From Tubiluchus corallicola (lineage: Eukaryota; Animalia; Priapulida), in assembly GCA_030141605.1 (NCBI GenBank), contig JAQGDQ010000024.1, positions 868,001 through 932,000 on the forward strand: a stretch of 64,000 nt of DNA, given 5' to 3'. The notes under the pieces were generated by a model. It saw only the letters and a program-made list of their open reading frames with translations. It was not told the DNA's origin and searched no databases. The first letter of the stretch is position 1. The number at the start of each line of letters is the position of its first letter. A program made the translations under genes and the position numbers. Of the stretch, positions 1-14,909 are shown in pieces.

Positions 1-3000
1 CTCCTATATTATTGTTGAGCACGTACATGTATTGAACAATATATCCATTAACTCTGATAGCCTTCATCTAACGCTTTAACCATAGCACCCAATCTATTTA
101 ACAATTGTGCTAAACCAGTCTTAAACCATAATGTGCTTCTGGTACCACTGAGAAAAAACTTCATCATTTCGAAGCCTTTGTGTTCAGAAATCAAAATCAA
201 GATTTCCATCACTGATACTGATGGCTATTTTCTGAATTTCTTGAGTTAATGAATTAATGTGCGTTAATGCAGTAATGCAATAATTCATAGGAAATCAATA
301 CACTGTTATTTTCCCGATAATTATTTGGAGTTTATCATAGCTTAAAATCTGAAATTATTTGGTTGAAATGAAAACGCTTTTAATACGCACAATATTCACG
401 CCAGACGCAGACAGCACTGTATGACCACTCACCACAATACCAATTAAGAAATGTTAATTTTATTTATGTAATTACGCAAGTAAGATAAAGAACCGCCGAT
501 AGGATCATTGAATCACGTGATCAGCTTGAAACGCATGTTTTTAACTATATAATCCAGTCAGTAACCTACTATATCACCCCAGCCAATTCAACTTGTGAAA
601 TTTACAAATTTTATGTCCCATAACCCGTTATAACAACATATACATTCACAATAACAATAAACTAAGTTTTCAGCAAACATCAGTCAGTGTCGATTTAATA
701 GAAATCAAAGAAAACCAATCATTCACACCAACTTTGTATAAAACTCGTGAGTCTCGGAGCTTACTAAAATTTTGTAGATTCTGTGTTTCGTTTGTGAATG
801 ACGCGGCACGTACGAAATCTGGAAAAAATTGATGTACTAAACTGATTTTGGGAAATTCTAGAACGCCGGGATTTCACTGGCAAGTCACAGAAGCATAGAA
901 AGATAAACGGTTATAGAATATGGGATTCCATCTCGTCTACAACTCTGCACCCTGGCAAAAAGACCACCAACAGTGAGCTGGGAGGCAATAAAGGTGTACA
1001 TTCATATGTAGATAAACATACGTATATGTGATCGGCTTTTTATTACGGTTTCTTGCGCAGTCAGCAGAAAAAAAGTGATTAATTCAAAGGCATAAAATTT
1101 CGCCTGCACGCACCGCTGCTTATGAAAAGACATAACGAGAAAATTAAGCAGCAATTGCCGGTAATAATAATATTAATTATTAAACATTCTTTGTCCTGTT
1201 CATTAATTTTTCAAATCAAATTAACTGTTTTAATGCCATAAACATAATTTTCCCCAATTTCATAAAAGGCAAAAATAATTATTCGTTCAGTAATTATCGG
1301 CTTGAAGTGAACGTGAAAAAACAGCAGCAATATATGCCATATTTGCATAGGTTGCCCTCTCCTTCTCATTAAGAAACGTGGATCAAGTTACGAAAGAAAT
1401 AACCGAAATAATCTCTCTTCCCGTCTTCATTTATAATTGAAGAAAGTTGAAGGTTATCTAGAAAGACGAGGCCTCTTTGGTAATATACTCACCTGTAGAC
1501 AATGGGCGCGGATTTTATTCATAACGAACCCACCTGCCGTTTGCATAATCAGGCTTAATTTTTGTTCTCCTCCAGCAAGGTTACAGGTTAAATAGTCGAC
1601 AAGTCATAGCGTCAAAGGGCACTTACAGTGGGTGATATAAAAATCAATACGATATCGTGACAGTTATACATGCAAATTGTATGCAAAAATCAATTTTAAA
1701 TGAAGGTGATCCAAAAATAATGATTACAACAATGCCCATAGAATTACATTCTAAACTCGATCCTTTGGCAAAGACAAGCCGTAGCTAGCAGTTTGTTCAC
1801 TTGTATGCTTGCTTACTTACTAGCTTAAATTGCGGTTTTGACACGTACTTTTTACTGAAAGAAAACGCTAGATTTATAGAATTGCAAAAAGGCAGTAAGC
1901 TTGCGCGATTCAGTTTTTGAATTTCTGAAAGCGAAATATTTGACCAAACAAATAATTCAACCTCTGAAAAACGGAAACATCGAGATTTACAGAAAGTATT
2001 AGCCAGAATTGGTAGGACGTTTTAGTAGGTTTTAACATTCAACTGCAGTTTCTGAACCACATGACACACATGTTCTCATCTTAACCCACTCCCCCATCTC
2101 CTCCCCTGAAGTCATTGCACGTGTAATTTTGGCACGCCCTGAATGCAGCAAGAATAGCTAATCGCCTTGAGCCATTACAGAATGAAGGTCGGTGATTCTC
2201 TCTGCATGCAGAGTCAATACAGACATTGTCTTTGGCCCACAGCTCACATTAGCAGCATAATTAAGTAATGCGCCTGATTGGCATGGCTTCGCAAATGAAG
2301 CCTTAACTCTTGCCACGAGTACAGCATTTGTGTGTTTAGTCGCAGCCTGGGAGGCTTCAAAATGAGCCAAATACTACCACGAAATTGAACAAACGCCTCG
2401 GGTCCAGTTCATCCCCTCCGTCCATTTTCTCAGATAGTGATTCAACATTCAAAATAAATATGTTGCCCAAATCGAAAAATACAGTTTGATTGCAAACGTA
2501 TTATTATAATTCATGCAATCATATTACCTCTGTTAGGCATGCCAAGTTGTATTCGTTAGACTCAATAAGCAAGAAGTCATAACTGGTAAGTTACATTCCA
2601 TAAATTACAAGCTAATTTAATAGCCCTATTCATTGTTTTATAAAGTAAGCCTATAACTGCAGGTCTGATTATTGTAATGTTTTAAAGAGATCTGTAGTTA
2701 TAGTCGTTCTAAAAGAACTGTGTTAGCGACTACATGATTATTTTGCGCTTGTAAAACAAAATGAACACAGTTTGTTTTGTTTAACAAAAGTAAACTAATG
2801 GCCTTGCATTTTGTATAATGTAATAGAATTTATTACATATCATAGAAGTACTTGCGCCCACAATCATTTGTACTAGCAATATAATATATCATTAAGCTAC
2901 AAAATTATTTAACCGTTTTCCACCTTACGCAAACTCGACAAGTCTATATATACGGTATTATGCTGTTATACAGTTACAAGCGTTAGAAATTAGTAACCGA

Positions 3001-3413
3001 GTGTGGTTACTGAAAGCTTGTAACTTAAGAGTGATTAATGCATAACTATAATGGAGTCTTTACTGAAGGTCATCTCTGTGCCTCTGAGTATAATGAAATT
3101 ACAAACGCTCAATTTTCCGACTGAACTTTATGTTATAGAAATATATATACGTGAAGCCCTGAAAAAACAGGAATATGAGAAACTAATTATGTCTGAAAAG
3201 TTTTTTCTTATTGTGTGCAACGGTTTCTCACTTTGTTTACCTAAAACGCCTACACTCAAAATACTACACAATTTCACCACTATTTCCATAAAATTAATTC
3301 TTTCTATTGACAAGATACATATCTTTATTAGAACAAGAACAAAAACTGTATTTGATTTAGTCCATACAAAAATCTGCAAAGCTAAACACGGGAATAGTAA
3401 TACGCAGACCTAA

Positions 3414-3597
3414 TTATGATGACGATGATAGCGACAATGTTGATGAAAACGATGCTGACGATGCTGATAATATGATGATGACGATGACGACAATGATATT
3501 GGTGATGATGATGATGATAATGATGACGACGATGATGATAATGATGATGATGAAGATGATGATGATGGCGACGACGACAACGAGGACGGTGAGGATC
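3414..3597. repeat. Imperfect (GAT/GAC)n microsatellite
   Basis: Direct inspection. Confidence 0.9.
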
Positions 3598-5317
3598 ACA
3601 GGGAAATGCTTGACGATGTACAGAAATTAGTCTATCTTTCTATTTGCACAAAGTAATAAACTATGCTAAACCGTTTAATGCTGTGTGAACATTGACAACT
3701 TGATGGCAGTTAGACGAAAAAGACAAACTATCGACATTAAACTAGCGGCGTATTACCCATTCTCGTCCATAGCATGCTAATCAATACCATAAAATACAAT
3801 CAATCTAATGAATGATGGAGCATATACTCTTTCCATCCAGTTTAATTACAATGCAACTACACACAGCAATTTCCATGCATGCGCTAATTATACGAATTAG
3901 GGCAATCTAATTAGTGCTGATAAGGTTATAATTAATTAGTAAAGTAGGTCAGCATGCAGCCCTCCCGCTGTACAGAGAGTGACTAAGCGTAATAATTAGA
4001 CAAAGCGAAGCAATCAGAGCAAGAGAAGCCGTTGTTGTGTGCTAGCGAAACCACTCCGCAATCAAAACCGTTCGCACATTGCTGGCAATTTTGTCTCTTT
4101 CTCGCTCTCTAATTTCAAGCCGTTGAAATTAACGAGCTTATCATAAGTGTGTAGCTGAAGATGAAATTAATTTGAATAATATGGGTAATTTTCGCAAAAT
4201 CATCAACACTTCAGACAGACAAGGACGTCAATCTCACAGCAAATGCGCTACATGCAAGATATTTATGATATGCGTAGAACACCAAACTTAGCCAACGTTT
4301 TAATTGTCGTTGTCGTCACCGTCATCATCATTACCATTATAATCGGCATTGATTCGTCATGATATTATTATGATCATCATCATCATCATTACCATTTCTG
4401 TGTTTTGTCATGATCGTTGCCGCAATCGTCAATCAATAAAATTCACACTACACATAATTTGTAATCTTCTATTGTGACAATAACGTATCTCTTTAGCGCA
4501 CACAGGTAACCGGGGATTTGACTGTTAATGGACTGGCTGACCAAACTTTTACCAAACTGTCTAGTCTGGTAACCACTAAACTTTTAGATCCAGCTGACCA
4601 AAGTTCCAAAATTCTGGAACGACCTGTCATCAGCAATTAACTCTCATGTCATACTTGACCATAGACAGTTCAGTTTGACCAATGGTAGTTATCTGGTAAC
4701 CGGGAGGTTGCTGCTTCTCAGATTAAGCGAAACTAAAAAGATTATCTTTGTCATTTTAATCTAAAAAGCTGACTAACTGTCCAAGTAACATAGAAAACCC
4801 AAACAAAACCATTTCTACACTGCCCTACCTACACTATAGAGAATGTAATTGAACTTAAAATATAGAATGGATCGGGAAATCCTGCAGCTTTCCATTGAAA
4901 GCTTCATTCCGCCATTGTACCTGAGCGGCCAGCGACTAAAATGTTTTTGCACAACTAAAACACAGAAATGAAGTCAAAAGCCCCCACACGGCGAATTAGC
5001 AGCTCACTTTGGCTGCAAACCGCGCCAGTGAAACTTTTTAATTATTTTATGCCATTTATGACTTCAATGGAGACCATCAGGAGATCTTCAAATGAGTCTG
5101 ATATGTCATTAAACGCCATATATGCTCTTTTTTTCCTTCTCCCTCTTGGCCAATTTACATTTACGCAGTACGCTTAATGAGCTGGCAAGCTCAGACGACA
5201 ATAATATAATTTCATGCTTTATCCTTTTACAGCTGGCAAAAAGCTGCTCGCTTATAGCAATCACACAAAGCTGTTTGTAGCTAATTTGCATTTATGCAAA
5301 TGACGGTCTCAGGTGGC

Positions 5318-5557
5318 GAGTGATTGTGGTGACCACACACCTCATGCCAAACACAAGTTTATCTCACATATTCACCAGAGTGATTGTGGTGACCACACAC
5401 CTCATGCCAAACACAAGTTTATCTCACATATTCACCAGAGTGATTGTGGTGACCACACACCTCATGCCAAACACAAGTTTATCTCACATATTCACCAGAG
5501 TGATTGTGGTGACCACACACCTCATGCCAAATACAAGTTTATCTCACATATTCACCA
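5318..5557. repeat. 60-bp minisatellite, 4 near-perfect copies
   Basis: GAGTGATTGTGGTGACCACACACCTCATGCCAAACACAAGTTTATCTCACATATTCACCA x4, one substitution. Confidence 0.95.
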
Positions 5558-7659
5558 ACAGAGGATTACGATGGTGAATTAGATGATGCGAAATAAACGT
5601 GAAACCCTTTGATAAAGATACAAGAGCTCACTATCAAGTACGAAATAGTCGCTCTCGATCCTCAGCTGCCACGTGAGGCACATATTAAAGTTTTAGCTGC
5701 CTTTTTATTTTTTGTGCAGGATGAAATATCGTTAAGTGGACAGTTTCACATATAAACTAATGAAATTAACATGATTTTTTTTACAAACATCGTGCTACAG
5801 AATAATTGTGGATAATAAATTTACGGAGGTGATCATGATGTTGATCTGCAAACGATGACGATGATAGTAATGACGGCAGGCAAGACAAAGTCTGCGGAAA
5901 CAATTATATCACTCTCAAGATAACTAAAACAATAAATCACCAGCTGTCGGATCACGGACGATGATCTGAAGTATAATGATAACATCCATGTTTACGTCCA
6001 GATGGAGGGAATCTACATCCCCAAGAGAACTGCTGAAAATGCTCTCAAATGCATGTCAATCTCTCAATAATAAGAACATGATCTTAAATTCAAAATTAGT
6101 TTGATGTGCTAGTGATGTACAATAAAAACAAATTCATTGAACATATTATATTTATTTATTTTTTTATTACTCTAGCAACACCATCGAGCCTTCATCACAA
6201 AAATATTGCCATAATAATACTTGCCCTCTGTTTTTAAGAACTTGTTCAGGAAACTATCTTACAAATAAAGATATAAATTTCACAAGCCCAATATTCGTAA
6301 AACGATATCTATTTTTAAATGTAGATAATGGCAACGTAGATAATGTCAAAGATTGGTATTGTACCTGCAGTCTCTCTCAAGAGCAGACTTCTCACCTCCT
6401 TTGAGAGTAAAACATACATTGAAAGTGAAACTTCTTTTGTAACAGCGGTGCTGACGGGTGCTTTTAGCTGATGTCCATTAAAATTTATGCTAATTTTATG
6501 TTTCAGTTTATGACAGGAAAACTGTTTATAACTTGAAGGGGAAAATGAAAATAAATTAGAAGCCATTTTTTAATGCGTTACAAGAAGATTGTCCTCAAGT
6601 TTTAAGTTTTCTACTTCCCCTGTAGACTCGCATACCCTACTTTTCCTTTTTCAAAGCATTTCACCTTAAGAAGAAGTAAAGAGTCCTATAATGTGGACAG
6701 TTTACCAAAAATTGTAATTGACACCATAATATTGACAGCATTACACAAAAGTGTGCACACCTTCAGGTAGTTTATCTAGTTCTTATCTGTGCAGCATTCT
6801 TGAGGGCATGTAATTACTTTTTAAATTAACATTAGATATTACATTCTGATTTCTGATTAATGTGAAAACCACAAATTTTAGCAAGGTGAAAACTTTGTAA
6901 GCAGTGTGCACACAGCTAAAGTCAAAAACTGAAATCAAACTTCACAAAGCACAGTTCTAACACATATACGATGCTTCATAACATTATCCACTTTACACCG
7001 CTTCCTTCGTCTCTCGCTCCTCCCTTCCTCTCTCTTCCCGCAACTCTACGGATATGAACCACACATTTATTCATGCAGGCATGTATCAACTCCCTCGTGT
7101 AGACAAGTAAACCATGTAATGATGCAATAACAATACCGCTCCTATACACTCATCCCTGTCGCACAAGACGCAGTAATTGGTCACTAATTTACAGTAAATC
7201 GTTTGAACTAACAGCCAGATTGAGGGAGTGATCCTATACAGAGTGGCGACGCGTGATGAATGCTAATTCCTGTCCCCGGCGCTGCTACATGCATCGTCAT
7301 AAACCCGGCCAAGTAAATGAAGTCCGTTGAAAATGGAAATCATTTCGATGTGCTTATTTAAAACTGGATTCTCGTTTAAAAATCGTCTGATTGCTAGCAA
7401 TAAACATGACTACAGAGAGACAGCGCAGAATGCACGTATTTACTAAATAACAATAACTTTTAGTTGACGGAAAACCATATTGGCTATTAATTAACCCGTG
7501 CGTGCCAGCAACGAGGATCAAACAACGAACTACAACACAGCGTTTTCCTTGCGAGTTTCATAGAGGTGCAACCACTCAACAACTAACCTGGACAAAAGGC
7601 ATGGTACAAATTTAACCAGTACATAATTATAATGATCGATTTATTGGCGGTCAAGTTAA

Positions 7660-8880
7660 GTTGACTAAAACCAAGACTCTGAAAAGGAAGTGCACTGTGA
7701 TTAACCTAAAATCAAAAAGTTTACAAAAACAAGCCCTTGAAAGTGCACTGTGGTTGTCCAATAATCAAAACAGATTTACTAAAAAAAACCTTGAAAGAAG
7801 CCCACTATGGTTGTCCAATATTCAAATTAAACTTACTAAAACGAACCTTTAAAGAAATCCACTGGCCGAACAAATAATCTAATTACATCAAATTAAGCGT
7901 ACTAAAACAAGACCTTGATTGGAGTTCTCTAATCTCGAAATTAATGCCAAAACAAGACCGCTTTAAAGAAGAGCGCTGTGGCTGTCCAATAACTAAATTA
8001 AGTTTACTAAAACAAGACCTCTGTGGCTAATCAATCACTGTATTAAGCTTACTAAAACAAGACCTTGAAGGTACACATTGGAGTTCTCCAATCTCCAAAT
8101 TAATGCTAAAACAAGACCGCTTTAAAGAAGTGTACTGTGGCTGTCCAATAACTAAATTAAGTTTACTAAAACAAGACCACTGTGGTTAATCAATCACTGT
8201 ATTAAGCTTACTAAAACAAGACCTTGAAGGTACACATTGGAGTTCTCCAATCTCCAAATTAATGCTAAAACAAGACCGCTTTAAAGAAGTGTACTGTGGC
8301 TGTCCAATAACTAAATTAAGTTTACTAAAACAAGACCACTGTGGTTAATCAATCACTGTATTAAGCTTACTAAAACAAGACCTTGAAGGTACACATTGGA
8401 GTTCTCCAATCTCCAAATTAATGCTAAAACAAGACCGCTTTAAAGAAGTCTACTGTGGCTGTCCAATCACTAAATTAAGTTTACTAAAACAAGACCCCTG
8501 TGGTTAATCAATCATTGTATTAAGTTTACTAAAACAAGACCACTGATGTTAGTCAATCATCACACTAAGTTCACTAAAACAAGGCTATAAAAGAAGCATA
8601 CCGTGATTGTCCAATAATAAAATTAAGTTTACTAAAACAAGACCCAGAAAGAAGCGCATTGCAGTTGTCCAATCAGCAAATTAGTACTAAATCAAGACAG
8701 CTTTAAAGAAGTCTACTGTGGCTGTCCAATAGTCAGATAATTGAACTAAACAATACCCTTAAAGAAACACATCCTGATAGTCAAACAACCAAATGATACA
8801 AGTTTATTAAATTAAGACCTTGAAAGAAGTGCAGATGTCCTATAACTGAGTTAAACTTACTAAAACAAGATCTTAAAAGA
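7660..8880. repeat. Satellite-like array with a 159-bp higher-order unit (core about 7921-8556) built from three related monomers
   Basis: GGAGTTCTC recurs at 7921, 8080, 8239 and 8398; every monomer carries CTAAAACAAGACC and (C/T)CAAT; degenerate monomers on both flanks. Confidence 0.88.
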
Positions 8881-10537
8881 CACTCACGCTTGCTATCCTG
8901 TGATCAGCAGGACCATTATAATTCCAAGAATACCACATCATCATAGTGTATTGCTAATGCAAAGTGATGGTGCAATAATTGTCTTTCCAATACCATAGTG
9001 CACACTGACACAGTGCTTGATTATATTATATAGCTCCAATTATCATATAGGTCATAGGGCACTACACTTATAATAGCATTTCAATAAAATATGTTACTCA
9101 CTAATATGTAACTTTTTCGTCAACTGGTCAGGAAAAAGACAATAAACAACATGTAATGCATCATGTACAGTGGTGCATAAAACACCATTTCGAACCTCTT
9201 AAAGTTGGTTAAATACGGCAGCTGGGTAAGCCTAGAAGAAGTTCTGCCTGCAGTCGCTCATCCATTTATCCATTTACTAATCAAGCTCAGTGCTGCTTAC
9301 AATCAGTGATTGCTAATTGATAAATTTAACGAACAAATAATGCTAACAATAGCAAAATTGACCATTTTTCAAAATTTACCTTTGTTATGTAGCTATGCAG
9401 CCATCTAGACAGTTTCATAAAACTGACAATTAATTGCAGTAAAAAAGTCAAAATGTCAAGTTGACAATCACACAAAGTGACGATCAGTAATAGATATTTT
9501 ATGAAAACCACCAAATGAGAAATATTGGCAACAAAATTGCTCAAAAGCAACATACTCTCTATAAATTGATAGTAAATCCATGACTAGTAAATTATAAAGA
9601 AATTGTAACTTATCTATTTTTATGTTTCAGTAATGAAACCATTGTTTAGAGTGAGGTAACCTGTTACCACCATTCAAAGGAGGAAAAAAGACAATGCTAA
9701 TAAGAGGTGAAAAAGTCAAATTGTCCAACAATCAATAAAAAGCTTTAAAATGCCCGAAAAGCACCAAAATACGGAAAACTCTGATCTGCGGATCCAAATA
9801 GAAGTTGCACTCTATTCGTCTCGATTGCTTTTGGGTATCGTGACAACTCGGAATGGGACCAGCAATGCTAGTTACAAAGACTAAGACATCATCAAGTGTA
9901 AATCATAAGTACTGGGCTGAACCAAAACGAAAGGCAATAAATCATTCTGTCTGAACGGACCTTACTAGAAGGTAGATATACTGCAGACATATGTTTTTCA
10001 ATGTTGGCAACTACGTTGAGTTTTTTGTGCAGAAATGGTAAAATTGAATTGAAGCTGAATATAACAGATATCATTACCTACAAAGATTAGCAGCACAATG
10101 CGCCTGTACAACAATGAGCAGACCTAGAGACAAAAACTGTAAAGGATTTGCTCACTGACACTGCATTCAACTCCATCCCCGTTTACATATTGGATCATTT
10201 TGACAATAAATTATTAAGCAGAGGCATAAATATTACAAGCTATATAGATCAACACTTGATTCCGTTGCCATGGTAACCGATAATGCAAAGCGAAGAGAGA
10301 AAAAACGGCGCTAAAAGAAAAGTGTTTAATGTGCTCGGTCAATTTTCTTTTTCCCGTTGGAGAAGAATAGGTAGTTAGTCAGATGCAGTTGGATATTAAC
10401 CAGTATATATGACCTGATCAAGTTCGAATTTTGCAAACATACCGCTGGGGAATGCTACAAACTTAATGGCGCATGTAAGTGGTTGTAAGTGGTACATTTG
10501 CTCAACAGAAAAACCTACATACATAGGCAGTAATACA

Positions 10538-10547
10538 TTATATATAC

Positions 10548-10586
<39 letters not shown>
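10538..10586. repeat. (TA)n microsatellite
   Basis: Direct inspection. Confidence 0.9.
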
Positions 10587-10587
<1 letters not shown>

Positions 10588-11076
10588 GTGTGTGGTTAAA
10601 ATAGTGAAAAGCAAATGCTAATTTCCATGCATGAAAGATATTTTTTTAAATGTATACTGAAATTCTATACCAAAATAAATATATATGTATTACGTAATTA
10701 ATAAAAATATATATTACAATATGGAACAATTATGTGCCTTCATTTTATTAGATATTCACTAGGCACTGTAAGTAGTTCTGGTTTTTATAGATAAATAAAT
10801 ACGAATATTGTATGGGTTTTTATTTCAGTAACCATCCATAGCACATTTATCATATGGTTCATTACACAAATCTCCTTGTTACTCTGTAATTTTTTTTTAT
10901 TTTGTACTAAGTAGCTTAACGTTTTCAAACCGGAGGGGTAAAACAAACACAATAAATGATATCCTGTGCAGGTGTAGTAATGGTTTAAAGATTGTACTCT
11001 GCAATCTAGACTTAGTTGAGCAAATTCTGGAAGTAACATAAAGAATGATTTACCTAAACTTAAGTCTGAAGAATGG

Positions 11077-11970
11077 TTAGGAAAGTTAATGTACATTATC
11101 CAGTCCTGAATGGTACTGATACTTAGGAAAGTTAATGTACATTGTCCAGTCCTGAATGGTACTGATACTTAGGAAAGTTAATGTACATTGTCCAGTTCTG
11201 AATGGTACTGATACTTAGGAAAGTTAATGTACATTGTCCAGTCCTGAATGGTACTGATACTTAGGAAAGTCAATGTACATTGTCCAGTCCTGAATGGTAC
11301 TGATACTTAGGAAAGTTAATGTACATTGTCCAGTTCTGAATGGTACTGATACTTAGGAAAGTTAATGTACATTGTCCAGTCCTGAATGGTACTGATACTT
11401 AGGAAAGTCAATGTACATTGTCCAGTCCTGAATGGTACTGATACTTAGGAAAGTCAATGTACATTGTCCAGTCCTGAATGGTACTGATACTTAGGAAAGT
11501 CAATGTACATTGTCCAGTCCTGAATGGTACTGATACTTAGGAAAGTTAATGTACATTGTCCAGTCCTGAATGGTACTGATACTTAGGAAAGTCAATGTAC
11601 ACATTGTCCTATCCTGAATGGTACCAATACTTAGGAAAGTTAATGTACATTGTCCAGTCCTGAATGGTACTGATACTTAGGAAAGTCAATGTACATTGTC
11701 CAGTCCAGAATGGTACTGATACTTAGGAAAGTTAATGTACATTGTCCAGTCCTGAAAGGTACTGATACTTAGGAAAGTCAATGTACATTGTCCAGTCCTG
11801 AATGGTACTGATACTTAGGAAAGTTAATGTACATTGTCCAGTCCTGAATGGTACTGATACTTAGGAAAGTCAATGTACATTGTCCAGTCCTGAATGGTAC
11901 TGATACTTAGGAAAGTTCCTGAATGGTACCGATACTTAGGAAAGTTAATGTACATTGTCCAGTCCTGAAT
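11077..11970. repeat. 46-bp minisatellite, about 19 copies
   Basis: CTTAGGAAAGT(T/C)AATGTACATTGTCCAGTCCTGAATGGTACTGATA; one unit with a 2-nt insertion (about 11600) and one with an internal deletion (about 11917). Confidence 0.95.
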
Positions 11971-14909
11971 CATCGTTTTCCAGTATTCTTTGGAATGTCG
12001 TTTTTTTTCTTAAAGTGTAACTAAATGCAGCTTCGCCTAATTTTTGTATCACGCATACTCTATAAAAGCATTATTACCACTGGTTAGTGATTAACAACTA
12101 TTTGACTGACTAACAGCAAATCATTTAAAACTTACCTGATATTTATGAGGTAAATTTTGCCCTGACAGTGAGCCTAAAATAAAAAAAACATTTCATTAAT
12201 AAAAATGGCAAACTGGTAAAAAATTGAAAACGACAGTGAGGTGCATTTTACTTTTCAAAACTGGAAAACCGGATAAGAAAGTATTTGAGTCAGTACAGAG
12301 TAAACCTACACACACATTCTACATTGAGTTTAGTGCTCCACTTAATTCATTACTTATTCAATTTTCTGCATCTAAATGATGAGGCAAAGCAGACAAAAAC
12401 AACCAAGTCAACAAGGTAGACAACCGAATCAACAATTCCCATAACTCAAACTGCTGCACAATCTATTTTAATAAGTTGAGTGTCTTGAAATTTATGCGAA
12501 CAAGAAACTTAAAATAAGAATACAAAATAAGAAAATAAGATTAATATTGCAGTTAGCATTCAAGGGCTGGTGACTGATGATACCAGGTCTCCTACTTGCT
12601 TTGTCAGAGTAACTGCATTAGCCAAATGTTTTCAAACTATAAAAGCAGCATTTTAATGCGATCAGAGTAGAAAACTAGCACTGATAATTTGACTATACTC
12701 ACAGTGATTAGTTTATTCCAAAGGCCTAGACAATACCTCTAATCAGAAAAAGTATTATGGCAAGTGAAAAAATGCAAATAAAATCACGAAGCCGGACAGA
12801 CAAGGGCAAGCCGATGACAAACGTATGACGAAATCACTAAATGGTTCAACGAAAGTTTTATGGAGGAAGCTGAATGTGAAGGGCGTAATTACAAACGTTT
12901 TCAAATGCTCCTTGTGCTGAGATTGCAAATGCCTTCAAATACAGTTAATGTATGTATCAGTAAAGCGATACTACCAAAACAGTTGTCTCCTCCCCCGAAC
13001 CCATGCCACATTTGTACTTTGACATGACCGATGCTACTGTATTTCTTTTTCCCCCACCTCCAAAGCATTTCCAGCTTTCACTATCCCTTGCAATGATCTC
13101 TCCAAAACACCTTTTTACTTTTTAACGGGAAATCGTTGTGCTTTTATGAACAAATTTTCACTGTTGACAACTAACTGACACTGCCCTGAAAGAGAGACTG
13201 TTCTTGAAAGAGTAGTTATTACTGTGCATAATTTTCTATACAAAAAGTGCAGGCTGCAAGGCAATTTAAAATAAATTTTGCCAGTTGTGGAGCTGCACCA
13301 CTATAAATACATTATTGCATTTATACTTCATGTCAAAGTATCCTACATACAGCGGAATACCCCTCGTAAAATGGTTACTAGCCAACTTTGGCTGCACAAA
13401 CTAACTGGCCATAACGCTCAATGCAGGCCACTTGAGCCGCCGCTAACAATGAGCTCATTAAGCTCGCAAAATACACTTTGCAGACTCAAAAATTCAAATG
13501 GCCGCATATTTCACCGAAGGAATTAACCACCGAGAAAAAAGACCTTGTCGAAGTCCAATCGATTGCATCGGGAGAGCCGAGTTTATGCTTCGCCGAAATC
13601 CGACGCGCCTATTGGACCTTTCAGAAAATAAACAAACCACGCTCTGTCTTTCAAGACCACTTCAACTGCTTGAAGAGTCCATGCAGTAATCATGCATAGA
13701 GCTCAGTTAATGATTACGCGCTCTGCATACACTCTGAGGGCTATATGTGCCGTAATCAACCTCACCCGAGTGTCTTCTTTAAATCTTATCAGAACTATAG
13801 TCACGCTTAATAACGCCGAGTTTATATCATGCTTTCTTGTGTAATCTTGTACCCTTGCTCAGGACATTATAGAAAACATTCGCACACCACCCCCACTTCC
13901 CTGATAACGCTGCCCTTCGCATGGCTTCTAAACTAGCCTAAACAAACATGGCGGAATAAGCTGACTCGAGTTTGGTCAGTCTTAAACAAACTTGCATATT
14001 TATCCTGACTGCTTTTATTACGGCGTGTAAAGATCAATTAGTTTAGCTAAACTGTATGAATATGAGTGCAGAATCCATGCTGTATTCATAGCGAAGTGAT
14101 GGATGACCGGCAATCGATCGTTTGACCATGTAATTCTGATTAACTATCAACCATTACATACACGCACTCACACTCACAAAACCATCACGCTATCTCGAAC
14201 TGAAAACTTGCCGTAGCGCCGAAATATGTTTACGTCCCATCGTGGCCATGTTGATTTTGACATTTTGTCTGCAATGTCAAAACACCGACACACGTGAGAA
14301 AACAGGACAGCAAAAGCGCGCGAGTTTGCCGCAAATTTAATGCTTAATTTAATAATAATTTCTACGGCTAAAATGCATTTTCTTGCCAGCATAAATTGGT
14401 GTTTCTGAGAAAGTGTTGCAGCTCGATGAAAAGTCTATGCCTGGCACGTTTAATAATGTGATTTTACAACAGCGCATTACGACAAAGAGTTAAAAGCAGT
14501 TGCAGACTTGCAGGAGTTGTAAAAATGCGAAGTACTTCCCCCAACCCTCTCCCCATTGAAGTACGTGAACGCCATATCATTTGCTTTTTATAGTAAAGTA
14601 AAACTCAGCTTTCTCCTGGTGATTCCCCAACAGGGTTATTTTTACTTCGACTTCGCTAATCAAAATTTTAATACACTAGCTTCTTTTAGTTTCTTCTGGA
14701 GTTAAACAGACACACAGCATGTGTTTGAGTTGTCTTATCTTGTCGGATAGTTAATGCGATTACACTCACGAAATCTGCAGTTAGTTCATCTTATTAACTT
14801 ATTAATTTACTAGACATTGCGTGGATTATCATAAAATTTTCAGTTTCTAAATTTTAATCAATATCTTAGCCAATATTAAGCCGTAAACTACAATGGCCTA
14901 GGATGGAGC

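Noticed and set aside
3051-3599. 120-aa ORF and poly-Ile ORF
   Set aside because: No recognisable domain; the poly-Ile ORF is the antisense of a GAT repeat.
5313-5582. His-rich repeat ORFs (89 and 85 aa)
   Set aside because: By-product of a 60-bp repeat; non-ATG starts and no splice or domain support.
7660-11970. CRISPR-like look of the repeat arrays
   Set aside because: The intervening sequences are themselves repeated rather than unique spacers; eukaryotic context with no cas genes.
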